A DNA stretch of 64,000 nt from Chlamydiales bacterium (GCA_030681135.1 JAUXXF010000010.1:31539-95538); one strand, 5' to 3'. Shown: positions 45,681 through 55,785, counted from the first letter of the stretch. Program-made: numbers and translations. Notes: generated by a model from the letters alone, not told the origin.

Positions 45681-46787
45681 TTACAACGATCTTTCAATAA
45701 ATTGATATGCTTTTTCCATTTGATCTAACATTTTATCAAACGTAAAGCGCTCTAGAACGAGTTGTTTGGCTCTTTGGCCTAAATGATGGCGGGTTGATGG
45801 GTCACTTTGTAAACGCAACACAGCTGAAACTACTTGATGGGGCGCATGTTTGTCGACCCGGATTCCCGTCTCTTCGGGAATGCACACTTCTTGAAGACCT
45901 CCTGTCGAAGTTGCAATCAGTGGTTTTTGCAAATAAGCAGCCTGCAAAATGGCTTGAGAAACCCCTTCATTAGCTGTGCTTAAAAGAGCAAATAAATCTA
46001 ATGCGCCAATGGCTGCATAAGGATTTTCTAAATGGCCTGTAAAATGAACAATCCCTTCCAAACGAAGCTCGTCTGCTTTTCGTTTGTAAGTATCAAAATG
46101 ACCTCCCCCTATAATCACCCACCGAATCCTTTCATCATCGCGGAGGAAATTCGCGGCGAGCAAAAAATCATCGATCCCTTTCCAAGATCTCATAAAACAG
46201 GCAGTCCCTACGAGAAGTTGTCCAGGAAGAAGGCCGAGCTGCTGTCGAAATGTTTCAGGCGCTCCAGTCTCATAAGCAATGGCTTTCGGATGAATTCCTG
46301 TTGCAATGGAAAGGCAACTTGTTTGAGACCTCCCAGCGCTTTGGCAAATAGCGGATGCGGTCTCTTGACAAGTAGTCACAACAAAATCAGCCAAATATCC
46401 ATATAAGATTTTGCTATTGAGCCCAGGTCGAATCGATGTGGATAAATGGCGAGTGCGAATAATTTTTTTCCGGGCAATCCTTGCTGCAACCCCTCCAATC
46501 CAACTATCGAGTGAAGAGTGAGTATTGATGACATCAATTGCGTGTTTTCGAAAAATACGCAGCAAACGAAATAGCGTGATGCCCCAGGCTTTTTTATAAA
46601 AATTCAGTTCATAGACCACAAACCCTGCAGCTTTCGCCTTTTCGATTAAAAGCCCCCCTTTCATCACAGCAAATATGATGACATGGCCTCTTTGTCTCAT
46701 CCCTTCAGCTTCACGCAAAATTCGCATTTCTTGTCCGCCCCATCCAGTGGAAGCTTCTACATGAAGAATATTCACTGAGCCCTCCAA
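45681..46787 (-). CDS. glycosyltransferase family 4 (GT-B, RfaG-like)
   Basis: N-terminal GGQEMRIL..., C-terminal ..STANEGVSQAILQAAYLQKPLIATSTGGLQEV (E-x7-E region). Confidence 0.85.
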   Translation of the reverse strand: MEGSVNILHVEASTGWGGQEMRILREAEGMRQRGHVIIFAVMKGGLLIEKAKAAGFVVYELNFYKKAWGITLFRLLRIFRKHAIDVINTHSSLDSWIGGVAARIARKKIIRTRHLSTSIRPGLNSKILYGYLADFVVTTCQETASAICQSAGRSQTSCLSIATGIHPKAIAYETGAPETFRQQLGLLPGQLLVGTACFMRSWKGIDDFLLAANFLRDDERIRWVIIGGGHFDTYKRKADELRLEGIVHFTGHLENPYAAIGALDLFALLSTANEGVSQAILQAAYLQKPLIATSTGGLQEVCIPEETGIRVDKHAPHQVVSAVLRLQSDPSTRHHLGQRAKQLVLERFTFDKMLDQMEKAYQFIERSL

Positions 46788-47809
46788 TAATGAAGAATTT
46801 TGCGATGTCCTGCTGAAAAAGGGAAGTTCAACAATTCACTAGAGCTGGCCCATACGTAGGAGAGCGGAGAGACAGCGCCGCAGGCTTGTAAAAAAGCGAG
46901 CGCCTCTTGTTTACAAGAAAACGAAACGCTGTAAGAAGTTAAATGTGCGACATATTTGGTAAAAGCATGTTTTACACTGAAGGGAAGCCTCTTCGTGGCG
47001 AAGGAAGGGGGAACCCAGTCTTTTGCCTTTTCCACAAAAGGAAACTCATATAAATCGCCCATAAGCTGACCCGGAGCTCCTTTTTTGAGCAAGACGTCTC
47101 CTTCAGCTTCTATGACAAATACAGAGCGAAATAAAAAGATTGTCGCAGTCGAGGCCGAAGTGATGGGCAAATACTGCGCCTTGTCTGTCTGACGCGCTAG
47201 ACAACCTTGCTGCAAAGGACAATCGCTACATTGGGGTTTTTTGCCACAAACCGATGCTCCTAACTCAATCCATGCCTCTGCAGTTACCCAAGGTTGCTGA
47301 GCATCTGCATATTGGCTAGCAAACTCTTCAAGCCGACGTTTAGCAGAAGATCTTTGTATGTTTTCTTCCATCAAAAAATATCTAGAAAAAACGCGTGCGA
47401 CATTCCCATCGACAGCAGGGGCTCTTTGATGAAATCCAAAATTCAAAATAGCTCCAACCGTATAAGGCCCCAATCCAGCAATCGTCATCAATTTCTCTTT
47501 TGTGCTTGGAATTTTTCCCTCAAATTCTCGAACAATCTGTTGCGCCGCCGCATGCAGCCGTCTGGCTCTTGAATAATAACCAAGCCCTTCCCAAAGCTTA
47601 ATGACCTCTTCTGTCGAGGCTTCTGCTAAGGTCTCAATATTCGGAAATCGCTCCATCCATTTTTCAAAATAAGGGACAACAACACTCGCTCTTGTTTGCT
47701 GAAGCATAATTTCAGAGACTAAAACGGCATAAGGATTCTTTTTTTCTCTCCAAGGGAAAGAACGTTTATTAGCTTCAAACCACTGATGCAACTGAGAAAT
47801 TTCCTTCAC
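46772..47809 (-). CDS. mutY: A/G-specific adenine DNA glycosylase MutY
   Basis: FPWREKKNPYAVLVSEIMLQQTRA, GLGYYSRARRLH, an Fe-S Cys cluster CGKKPQCSDCPLQQGC, and a C-terminal NUDIX-like domain. Confidence 0.93.
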   Translation of the reverse strand: MKEISQLHQWFEANKRSFPWREKKNPYAVLVSEIMLQQTRASVVVPYFEKWMERFPNIETLAEASTEEVIKLWEGLGYYSRARRLHAAAQQIVREFEGKIPSTKEKLMTIAGLGPYTVGAILNFGFHQRAPAVDGNVARVFSRYFLMEENIQRSSAKRRLEEFASQYADAQQPWVTAEAWIELGASVCGKKPQCSDCPLQQGCLARQTDKAQYLPITSASTATIFLFRSVFVIEAEGDVLLKKGAPGQLMGDLYEFPFVEKAKDWVPPSFATKRLPFSVKHAFTKYVAHLTSYSVSFSCKQEALAFLQACGAVSPLSYVWASSSELLNFPFSAGHRKILHYWRAQ

Positions 47810-47829
47810 GTGAAACCTTACATCATGCG

Positions 47830-48852
47830 ATGCTTTTACATATGGAAGCTGCTGGCCTCATTTTAAGCGACTCTCTTCACTATCTGGATCATCTCGGGCC
47901 TTTTTGCGCTCTCAAAGGCTACCCGCTGATTATCTGCGAGCCCATGTTAGCCGAGCTAGCATCTACCTATTATCCAGATTTGCAAATGATCCACAAAAAA
48001 TGGCCAAATATAGAGCTTCCTACAACGATTATTTCCTGTCATCCGCGCCCCATCCTTCAATCTAGCTTCCCGTTAGCCACACTAAATACTTGTCTCTTAC
48101 CCCATGGAAATTCCGATAAAGGTTGGAAAAGCGCTGTCTTTGAACATTTATGCCATGAACAAACCGTGTTTGTCTACGGAACAAAAATGTTTGACGCGAT
48201 TCAAGAAAAAATAAAAGATCTGTCTCATCTACATATCGAGCAAGTTGGCAACTTCCGCCAATCCTATTTTGAGAAACATCAAACATTCTACCGAGAGCTG
48301 ACAAAAAAAAATATCCCAAGAGGTCAAACAACTTTTTTGTACGCTCCTACCTGGCAAGATCTTGAAGGCAACTGCTCTTTTTGGGAAGCTTTTCCTATTT
48401 TAGCTGAAACCCTTCCAGATAACTATACGCTAATCGTCAAACCTCATCCCAATACACTCACAGCTTTCGCCCCCCAAATCGAACAGATGATCGGCCGCTG
48501 GAAAGAAAAAACGAATATCTTTTGGCTCACCGATTTTCCTCCCATTTACGCTCTTTTGGACATATGCGATGGCTATATTGGAGATATGTCTTCTATCGGC
48601 TATGACTTCCTCAATCAATCCTGCCCCATGTACTTTCTTAATCACCAAAAACGGAGTAGATCCTCTGATCAGGGACTTTATCTCTACCGATGTGGCGTTG
48701 AAATCTTTCCCAAAGACTATAAGAATCTTTTCCTTCTCGATCAACAGACGAGACACCTAGACAAGAGCAGGTTTCAACAAATCCGAAAAGAAGTCTATGA
48801 ATATACATTTGGCAAGAGCGACTTATCGGGGCTCCGCCCCGGACCCCGTTAA
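47830..48852 (+). CDS. CDP-glycerol glycerophosphotransferase (TagB/TagF)-like protein
   Basis: FLYAPTWQD, LIVKPHPN, and LLDICDGYIGDMSSIGYDFL resemble the Glyphos_transf motifs. Confidence 0.5.
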   Translation: MLLHMEAAGLILSDSLHYLDHLGPFCALKGYPLIICEPMLAELASTYYPDLQMIHKKWPNIELPTTIISCHPRPILQSSFPLATLNTCLLPHGNSDKGWKSAVFEHLCHEQTVFVYGTKMFDAIQEKIKDLSHLHIEQVGNFRQSYFEKHQTFYRELTKKNIPRGQTTFLYAPTWQDLEGNCSFWEAFPILAETLPDNYTLIVKPHPNTLTAFAPQIEQMIGRWKEKTNIFWLTDFPPIYALLDICDGYIGDMSSIGYDFLNQSCPMYFLNHQKRSRSSDQGLYLYRCGVEIFPKDYKNLFLLDQQTRHLDKSRFQQIRKEVYEYTFGKSDLSGLRPGPR

Positions 48853-48990
48853 AGGACTGCGTCCTTTAAAATCCTATTTTTCTTCTTTCTGAGGCAAGGC
48901 CCTATGGGCTTTGCCCCAGAAAATAAACACGCGGTTTCCAAAGGGCGCCAGCTCTTTGGCGGGGTTTGGGGCAGAGCCCCAAAGAAAGAA
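48851..48990. repeat. GC-rich cluster of short hairpins / imperfect palindrome
   Basis: AAAGGACtgcGTCCTTT, GGCAAGGCCCtatGGGCTTTGCC, CCAAAGggcgccagCTCTTTGG, TTGGGGCagaGCCCCAA. The outer TTCTTTCT...AGAAAGAA are inverted. Confidence 0.7.
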
Positions 48991-48992
48991 TT

Positions 48993-50129
48993 CTATTCCA
49001 AAGTGAGTGGAGGCAATACGAAAACAACCCCCAAATCATGAAAATGGGGAACTGTAGGACGCGCCTCTAAATCATAGGCATAAGAGCCTTCCAACAAAGG
49101 ATCGATCTTTGTGACGATTCCCACTTGGATCCCAGGGGGAAATACACCATCGAGTCCAGAAGTCACGAGGAGATCTCCCTCTTTTAAAAGAGGAAGCTCT
49201 GCTCCTTGAGTGCCCACCGGTCTTCCCGTTCGAAGCTCTCTTGCGGGACCTTCTTGATCCGGATAATCATAATTAAACCCCACTCCTTTGAGATAAAGAC
49301 CGCGAGAGCGCCAAAAAGGAGATGAGCTTCCTTGCAAATGCCCTTTGGCGCAGTAACCGTCTTCTGAGCCGACATGAGTTTGTAAGCGATGCAGGAGATT
49401 GGCAAGAAGAGCTTTCTGAGAGGCATCGAAAGGAAGATCGGAACGACAAGAAATCCTCGTTTGAAGCCTCTCTACCAATTGAGACAGTTCTATATCCTGG
49501 GTTTTCCCACGAACTGCTCTTACAGAGACAATAAGACCTGAGTCAGTAATGAGCCTCACTCTCGATTGCTCAGCTCCAACGAATTCGACAACCCCCACAA
49601 GAGAAGAACCTACGACAACAGGACTGTTTTTGGCCACGACTGTGCGGCCTAAAGATTCATTATCTTTCTGCCCGACCTGAATCCAGAGGCTGCTGCTCCA
49701 GGAACTGGGATCTCTATAGATCACCGGAGCCAAAAGAGCAAAAAATTGCCTTTGCACCAAGTCGTTCATCTCTTCCCATCTCCGCTCGGCAAACGGCTGG
49801 TAAGGACCTGCTTTCAACTGACCTAATACAGCTATTTGAGATTGAACATGTTCCACCCAGCCTTTCCAAGCAGACTGCACTTCTAACTGGGAACGTAAAT
49901 GCTGGATTTCAAGCTGAAGCTGGGCTGTTTCTTTAGAGCTCGAAACAGTAGAGGCAAAAATAGGACGCTCTTGCAGATACTTTCCAAATCGATGAGCCAA
50001 ATTCCAAGCCGGCGTGAAAGAAGCGACCGCGTAAAAACGGAGATTATCTGAAGCCCCTTTTGGTAAACTTAAAAGAAGCAGAACAACCAAGGCTAGGGTC
50101 GCTAAGGAAAAAATTCGCTGCATTCGCAT
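48993..50129 (-). CDS. mreC: rod shape-determining protein MreC
   Basis: N-terminal TM helix, a coiled coil (LQLEIQHLRSQLE), VVGSSLVGVVEFV, and TSGLDGVFPPGIQVGIV. Confidence 0.88.
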   Translation of the reverse strand: MRMQRIFSLATLALVVLLLLSLPKGASDNLRFYAVASFTPAWNLAHRFGKYLQERPIFASTVSSSKETAQLQLEIQHLRSQLEVQSAWKGWVEHVQSQIAVLGQLKAGPYQPFAERRWEEMNDLVQRQFFALLAPVIYRDPSSWSSSLWIQVGQKDNESLGRTVVAKNSPVVVGSSLVGVVEFVGAEQSRVRLITDSGLIVSVRAVRGKTQDIELSQLVERLQTRISCRSDLPFDASQKALLANLLHRLQTHVGSEDGYCAKGHLQGSSSPFWRSRGLYLKGVGFNYDYPDQEGPARELRTGRPVGTQGAELPLLKEGDLLVTSGLDGVFPPGIQVGIVTKIDPLLEGSYAYDLEARPTVPHFHDLGVVFVLPPLTLE

Positions 50130-50180
50130 CTTCCGATTGAAAAAATTGTCTGCGCTGTTCTATGATTACAGGCGATTCAA

Positions 50181-50253
50181 GGGGCGTTAGCTCAGTTGGT
50201 AGAGCGCAACAATGGCATTGTTGAGGCCATCGGTTCGACTCCGATACGCTCCA
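50181..50253 (+). tRNA. tRNA-Ala (anticodon GGC)
   Basis: Hand-folded cloverleaf: acceptor GGGGCGT/ACGCTCC with the G3:U70 Ala identity pair, D arm GCTC-AGTTGGTA-GAGC, anticodon arm CAACA-ATGGCAT-TGTTG, and T arm ATCGG-TTCGACT-CCGAT. CCA is not encoded. Confidence 0.92.
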
Positions 50254-50265
50254 TTCCCCCTTCTT

Positions 50266-50437
50266 AGAGCCTGTTCAAGATCTAAGACTTCGTCGATTTT
50301 CGGGATTATTTTGGCCAAATTTCGTTTCTTTTTCGGGGGGTCATATACTGGAATACGATATTACCCCCCGAAAAAGAAGCAAAATTTGGCTCAAAAGAAC
50401 CCGAAAATCGACAGAAGCTTAGATTTTAAACAGGCTC
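50266..50437. repeat. full-length family-1 palindromic element between tRNA-Ala and the rpoD stop codon
   Basis: AGAGCCTGTTCAAGATCTAAGACTTCGTCGATTTTCGGGA...CGGGGGG-loop-CCCCCCG...CCCGAAAATCGACAGAAGCTTAGATTTTAAACAGGCTC. It ends at the base before the rpoD stop. Confidence 0.9.
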
Positions 50438-52099
50438 CTATTCTCCTTCTAAAAGATCTAGAAATGCTTGAAGCTGTTTTGCCCGAGTTGGATGGCGCAT
50501 CTTACGGAGCGCTTTTGCTTCAATTTGACGCACTCGCTCGCGAGTCACTTTAAATCTGACTCCCACTTCTTCCAATGTTTTTGGTTTACCATCTAAAAGT
50601 CCAAAACGCTCAATTAAGACAGTTCTTTCCCGATCAGTCAATGTAGAAAGGACCTCGTTCATCTTATCTTTTAAAATCGCATAGCCGGTCGCTTCAGCAG
50701 GAGACTCTATCGCTGTGTCTTCTAAAAAGTCCCCAAATTGGCTCTCGCCACCGTCTCCCACTTCTGCTTGCAACGAGATCGGATGTTGGGCAATTTTATA
50801 AATCTCTCGAACACGCTCGGGAGTAAGACCTAATTCAGCAGCCAGCTCTTCAGGAGTTGGCTCTCTTCCTGTCTCCATCATTAATTTTTTAGCGCCGCGG
50901 AGCACTTTATTAATGGTTTCAATCATGTGAACAGGAATACGAATCGTCCGGGCCTGATCTGCAATAGCGCGGGTAACAGCCTGTCTAATCCACCAAGTGG
51001 CGTAGGTGGAAAATTTATATCCTCGGCGGTATTCAAATTTTTCAACCGCCTTCATGAGCCCCATATTTCCTTCCTGGATTAAATCCAAAAAGGAGAGGCC
51101 GCGGTTGGTATATTTCTTCGCAATCGAAATCACTAAGCGCAAATTCGATTCGACCATCTCTCTTTTTGCTTCTTGGCTTTTATCCATCCATCTTTGAAGC
51201 ATCCGGACGTCTTTTTTAAATTCGTCCAAAGATCTGCCAGCAGCCAATTCTCGCTTATAAAGCTTTCTTTTGGCGGCAGCTAATTTAGCAGCAGCAAACT
51301 TATTTTTTTCAGCCCGAGGGGTTAACTCCTGAATATCTTTTTCTAACAGTAAAAACCGATCATAGGCCGACAGGATGACTTCGCCAAAATCTTCAATAAT
51401 ATTATGTCTACAGCAAAATCTTCGTAAATACGCCTGAGCTCTGATCCGGCACTTTTCTGTCTCTTCTATTAAATGAGCTCTCTCTTCTCTTTTCAAATCA
51501 GGATTGCGTCCTCGGAAAAGCAAAGATTCTAACTGCTGATCCTCTTGTCTCATCAGCTCTGACAACCTAGGTAGCAAATTCATAAAATGAGCTTTGTCAG
51601 ACACTTCTTTTTCTGAAATGAGCTTGTCAAAACGGTCTTTACCAGAAATCAAATAGTAAGCAATCGAGATGGCTTCTCGGATGGAGTAGCGAAAGCGTAA
51701 AATAATTTTTTCAATCTGCATCTGAGCTTTTTCGATGCGCTTGGAGATCTCTACCTCTTCTTCCCTGGTCAGCAAGGGAACAGAGCCCATCTCTTTCAGA
51801 TACATGCGGACTGGGTCGTCTGAAGTCCCTTCGCTTCTTTTAGGGATTCCCTCCAGCTCTTTAGCTTCTTTTTTACGCTCTTTTTGCCGTTCAACCTCGG
51901 CTTGATTGAGCACCTGAATATCCATTCCGCTCAAATAGATCAGCACCTGATCGATTTGCTCAGGAGAATCAAAGGTCATCGGAAGGATTTCATTGATCTC
52001 TTCATAAGTAAGAAACCCCTGCTCTTTAGCAAGAGTCACAAGCTCTTCAATTTTTTGTTGATGCTGTGGATTGGTGGTAAAAGATGTTGTGCTGCTCAT
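50438..52099 (-). CDS. rpoD: primary RNA polymerase sigma factor (sigma-70 / chlamydial sigma-66)
   Basis: Regions 1.2-4.2 are present. [19 protein letters not shown] (region 2.4) and [28 protein letters not shown] (region 4.2). Confidence 0.97.
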   Translation of the reverse strand: MSSTTSFTTNPQHQQKIEELVTLAKEQGFLTYEEINEILPMTFDSPEQIDQVLIYLSGMDIQVLNQAEVERQKERKKEAKELEGIPKRSEGTSDDPVRMYLKEMGSVPLLTREEEVEISKRIEKAQMQIEKIILRFRYSIREAISIAYYLISGKDRFDKLISEKEVSDKAHFMNLLPRLSELMRQEDQQLESLLFRGRNPDLKREERAHLIEETEKCRIRAQAYLRRFCCRHNIIEDFGEVILSAYDRFLLLEKDIQELTPRAEKNKFAAAKLAAAKRKLYKRELAAGRSLDEFKKDVRMLQRWMDKSQEAKREMVESNLRLVISIAKKYTNRGLSFLDLIQEGNMGLMKAVEKFEYRRGYKFSTYATWWIRQAVTRAIADQARTIRIPVHMIETINKVLRGAKKLMMETGREPTPEELAAELGLTPERVREIYKIAQHPISLQAEVGDGGESQFGDFLEDTAIESPAEATGYAILKDKMNEVLSTLTDRERTVLIERFGLLDGKPKTLEEVGVRFKVTRERVRQIEAKALRKMRHPTRAKQLQAFLDLLEGE

Positions 52100-52376
52100 G
52101 GTCTCCTAATTTCGAGAGGGAAAGGAATATACACAAATAATCTGAAGAATCGTCTTTAGTCTCCTAGGACTTACCCCAAAATCCGGGGAATATCCTTGCT
52201 AAAACCCCAATTCTTCAGGTTTTTTGTGTATAAAAAACAAAAAGTATTGTGAACTGAAGTCTCCTTTCTGTCAATATCATATAACCTTTATAATTAAATG
52301 CAACCTTCATGATTCAATTTTGAACAATTAACCTTTGCTGACAGCGCCTCACCAAGGAAAATATTTTTTTTATCGA

Positions 52377-52442
52377 CTTAGAAGCCAGGTTTTAGGACAG
52401 CTTCTTAGAGGGTGTTTACAAAGTAAGGGTTCGTTGATTTTC
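52377..52442. repeat. mini-derivative plus solo arm of the family-1 element next to the aroC stop
   Basis: CTTAGAAGCCAGGTTTTAGGACAGCTTCTTAGAGGGTGTTTACAAAGTAAGGGTTCGTTGATTTTC. Confidence 0.6.
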
Positions 52443-53537
52443 TCAAGCTCTACTTCCCCTATTCATTAATAAGGCGTCAGCAAGGACAAGCGCTGTCATC
52501 GCTTCAACAATAGGGACCGCTCGAATAGCTACACAAGGATCGTGCCGTCCGGAGTCCGGGAGTTGAAAAGAGGCTCTTTCTCCTTTAAGACTGACTGTTT
52601 GCTGAGCTTTTTTAATACTTGAGGTAGGTTTAAATGCCACGCGAAAAAAAAGAGGAGATCCGCTTGAAATTCCTCCAAGAGCCCCTCCAGCAAAGTTCGT
52701 GACTGTATGAACGCGTCCATTTTCATCGAGATCGAAAGCGTCATTATGCTCTGAGCCTTTCATTCGTGCGCCAGCAAAGCCAGAGCCTATTTCAAACCCT
52801 TTTGTTGCAGGAAGAGAGAGCATTGCAGAGGCGAGCATACTTTCCAGTTTGTAATAAATTGGTTCTCCTAGTCCCAAAGGGACATGGGCCACGCAGCCAA
52901 GAATGCCTCCGAGAGAATCTTTTTCCTCTTTTATCTGAAGAAGCTTCTCCATCATCTTTTGAGAAGCCTCTTCATCAGGACAAAAAATAGGATTGGCATA
53001 CGTCTTTGCGCGAAGTTTTTTCAGATCAGATACGTCAATAGACCCGCTCGCAATCGCTCCTATTTCAAAGACGAAAGCAACGCAATCTATCTCATAGAGA
53101 GCGAGTAATTTTTTAGCGACAGCGCCAGCTGCAACTCTCGCTACAGTCTCTCGCGCTGAAGCCCTTCCTCCACCTCGATCATCAAAAATCCCATATTTCC
53201 CAAGATAGGTGAAGTTTGCGTGTCCGGGGCGATAAAGATCTTTGATGGCGCTATATTGAGAGGAATCTGCATCTTTATTCGAAATGAGAATTGCGATCGG
53301 AGCTCCTGTTGTCTTTCCTTCAAAAAGCCCCGACAAAATCTCTGCTCGGTCCGGCTCTGACCTGGAAGAAGTATAGACGCTTTTACCAGGCTGTCTTAAT
53401 CGAAGTTCTGCATCTATGTCTTCTTGCGAAACAGAAAGTCCTGCAGGACACCCATCGATCACCACTCCCATTGCAGGGCCATGAGACTCACCAAAAGTCG
53501 TTATTCGAAAGGATTGTCCAAAAAAATTAGAGGCCAT
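52443..53537 (-). CDS. aroC: chorismate synthase
   Basis: FGESHGPAMGVVIDGCPAGL, GGGRASARET, and 364 aa in length. Confidence 0.96.
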   Translation of the reverse strand: MASNFFGQSFRITTFGESHGPAMGVVIDGCPAGLSVSQEDIDAELRLRQPGKSVYTSSRSEPDRAEILSGLFEGKTTGAPIAILISNKDADSSQYSAIKDLYRPGHANFTYLGKYGIFDDRGGGRASARETVARVAAGAVAKKLLALYEIDCVAFVFEIGAIASGSIDVSDLKKLRAKTYANPIFCPDEEASQKMMEKLLQIKEEKDSLGGILGCVAHVPLGLGEPIYYKLESMLASAMLSLPATKGFEIGSGFAGARMKGSEHNDAFDLDENGRVHTVTNFAGGALGGISSGSPLFFRVAFKPTSSIKKAQQTVSLKGERASFQLPDSGRHDPCVAIRAVPIVEAMTALVLADALLMNRGSRA

Positions 53538-53543
53538 AAACCA

Positions 53544-54002
53544 TCAATCAACATCCATCCACTGCGCAGGAATCTTCTCATAGATGAGGATCCTCTTTTC
53601 ATAGATTTCTTTCAATGATTCAAAAGGCCTCGTTGCATCGACAAAGGAGGGAATTTCTTCTTTTAATATCCGCTCTTTAATCGTCTCAAAACTGGCTTTT
53701 AAATAGACGAGCTGACCTATGTTTTGCAAATGACCCACATTTACAGGATTCAACACAGCGCCGCCCCCCAAAGCAATGACTGCATTTAAAGAAGCTTGAA
53801 GTTGATGAATCGCCTTTGCCTCTAAAGAGCGAAAAGCCTCTTCTCCTAACTTGGAATGAATCTCTCGAATGGGAAGTTGTTCTCCGTATAGCTTGACAAT
53901 AAGGTCATCTGTGTCAATGAAGGGGAGGTTTAATAATAAACTTAGACGCTTTCCATGATAAGTTTTCCCACACCCCTTAAACCCAAATAAAATAATGCTC
54001 AT
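53544..54002 (-). CDS. aroK: shikimate kinase
   Basis: P-loop GFKGCGKT, a FIDTDD shikimate-binding motif, ALGGGAV, and 152 aa in length. Confidence 0.88.
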   Translation of the reverse strand: MSIILFGFKGCGKTYHGKRLSLLLNLPFIDTDDLIVKLYGEQLPIREIHSKLGEEAFRSLEAKAIHQLQASLNAVIALGGGAVLNPVNVGHLQNIGQLVYLKASFETIKERILKEEIPSFVDATRPFESLKEIYEKRILIYEKIPAQWMDVD

Positions 54003-54016
54003 CTTATCAGGATAAA

Positions 54017-55396
54017 CTATGATCTCTTTTTTCTTCGATACAGATAGAAGAGGAAAAGTGGACTAATCGTCAAGATATTGCCTATCACAATCATCATCAA
54101 ATAACGAAAGGAACCTCCAGTATCAATCGTATCCGGAGGGAAAAAGCTGACTACAATCGTTGTTAAACACCCAACAAATCCAAGAAGACAAGTCGTCCAC
54201 ATCCCAAAAGCTTTCCCAGGAATTTTAAACGATGCAGGTCGGTCGAGATATTTGTAATGAAGACAAAGACCTGCGCCAAACATCAATAGATACATCATCA
54301 TGTAGAGCTCTGTGCTAAGAGCTGTCAAAAACCAATAAAAAGAATTGACAGTAGGCTCAAACAGAAAAAGAATACAAACGAGCGTGACTATGACGCCTTG
54401 CGCTATAAGAATATTGTAAGCAACGCCAGCTTTGTTTTGGCGCGAGAAAAAGGGAGGCAAAAAGCCAAACTCTGCAGCGTGCAAAAGCCCTTTTGCAGGA
54501 GAGATCAGCCAGTTAATCATGTTGCCAATCGAACCGATGACGATACAAAACGTGAGCACTGGCAGCCAAGGCTTCAATCCAAAAGATTCGAGAAAACTTG
54601 TAAAGACCTGCATGACTCCGGAGACTAAGTTGATCTCCTTTTCAGGAAGCACAAAAGCAATAGCCAAAGACCCTAAGGTCATAGAAAGGAAAATAAATAA
54701 AGCAGCCGTAAACACAGCCCTAGGAAAATTTTTCTGAGGGTCTCGGATGTGGTTCACATGAACCCCCGAAAGCTCCATCCCCAAAAAGGAGGCCATAATT
54801 GCTATTAAAGAAACCCAGTTTGTCGAGTCAGCAAGGGAAGGAATGAGCCCAGGGCCTGTTAAAGAAATTTGCCGCGGCTGGCCAGTAAAAAACCAAATTC
54901 CCCCAAGGATCATCAATAAGATCATGGGCAAAACTGTGCCAAGAAGAGCAAAAATGTTATTAATATAGGCTGAAATATGAATCCCTTTGAGATTCACCAA
55001 AGTAAGCCCCCAAAAAACCACTAAAATACAGGTAATTAAATAGGGTTTATGCTGGGCAAGTTGAGGGTCGATCAAATAAGCCAACGTTCCCGCTACAAAA
55101 GAGAGGATCGTCGGATACCAGACCATGGTATTGATCCACTGGAGCCAAATGGCCGCCATCGCCCACTTTTTCCCAAAGGCCTTATTGACCCACTGATAGA
55201 TCCCCCCTTTCTCAGGAAAGGCTGCAGAAAGCTCCGCAGACACTAGTGAAACAGGAATAAGGAAAACAAGAGCTGCAAAAATGAAGAAGAAAATAATGGA
55301 ATTGCCAAACAAAGCAGCCGCTGGCAAATTCCGCACATTATCAATCGCTGCAATGATCAAAATAACAAGAGAAAAAATGGAGATTTTTTTAGTCAT
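54017..55396 (-). CDS. APC-superfamily amino acid permease (glutamate/GABA antiporter-like)
   Basis: 12 TM segments. SAELSAAFPEKGGIYQWV is typical of GadC/YjeM-type transporters. Confidence 0.85.
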   Translation of the reverse strand: MTKKISIFSLVILIIAAIDNVRNLPAAALFGNSIIFFFIFAALVFLIPVSLVSAELSAAFPEKGGIYQWVNKAFGKKWAMAAIWLQWINTMVWYPTILSFVAGTLAYLIDPQLAQHKPYLITCILVVFWGLTLVNLKGIHISAYINNIFALLGTVLPMILLMILGGIWFFTGQPRQISLTGPGLIPSLADSTNWVSLIAIMASFLGMELSGVHVNHIRDPQKNFPRAVFTAALFIFLSMTLGSLAIAFVLPEKEINLVSGVMQVFTSFLESFGLKPWLPVLTFCIVIGSIGNMINWLISPAKGLLHAAEFGFLPPFFSRQNKAGVAYNILIAQGVIVTLVCILFLFEPTVNSFYWFLTALSTELYMMMYLLMFGAGLCLHYKYLDRPASFKIPGKAFGMWTTCLLGFVGCLTTIVVSFFPPDTIDTGGSFRYLMMIVIGNILTISPLFLFYLYRRKKRS

Positions 55397-55538
55397 AACA
55401 AAGCCCTAGATGTCGTAACATATTACGACAAGTCTTGCATATCCTTCAAATGATTACCGAAAACAGCTTGAAGATTCGGGATTTTAGCGAGAAGGCTCCT
55501 TAGATTTTTTTGATATAAAAGGGAAAAAACCGGCAAAA

Positions 55539-55676
55539 CTCCCCTCATACGCAAATTCGGTGATCGTAAAGCTGATTCGGCTTTTCGCTAATCGACATAA
55601 CCTCTTGGGCCTTAGTAGACTTGCAAAAAACCAGAACCCGGAAAGCAAGCGTGAATTTGCAGGGGTATAGAGGGGC
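55539..55676. repeat. family-2 palindromic element (degenerate copy)
   Basis: CTCCCCTCATACGCAAATTCGGTGATCGTAAAGCTGATTCGGCTTTTCGC... matches the reverse complement of the right arm of copy 21798-21964 (CAAATTCGCTGATTGCAAAGCTGATTCGGTTTTTCGC). Confidence 0.7.
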
Positions 55677-55785
55677 TCTCTGGCGGAGGTCTATATCTAC
55701 CATTATAGGCGCTTATATAGTAATATTTAATGTTGATTTATATAATTTAAATGTTAAAATATATTAAATTAACATTAAAGTTTTT

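Noticed and set aside
50212-50553. 113-aa ORF in the supplied track
   Set aside because: It starts inside tRNA-Ala, runs through the palindromic element and ends antisense to rpoD. It is an artefact.
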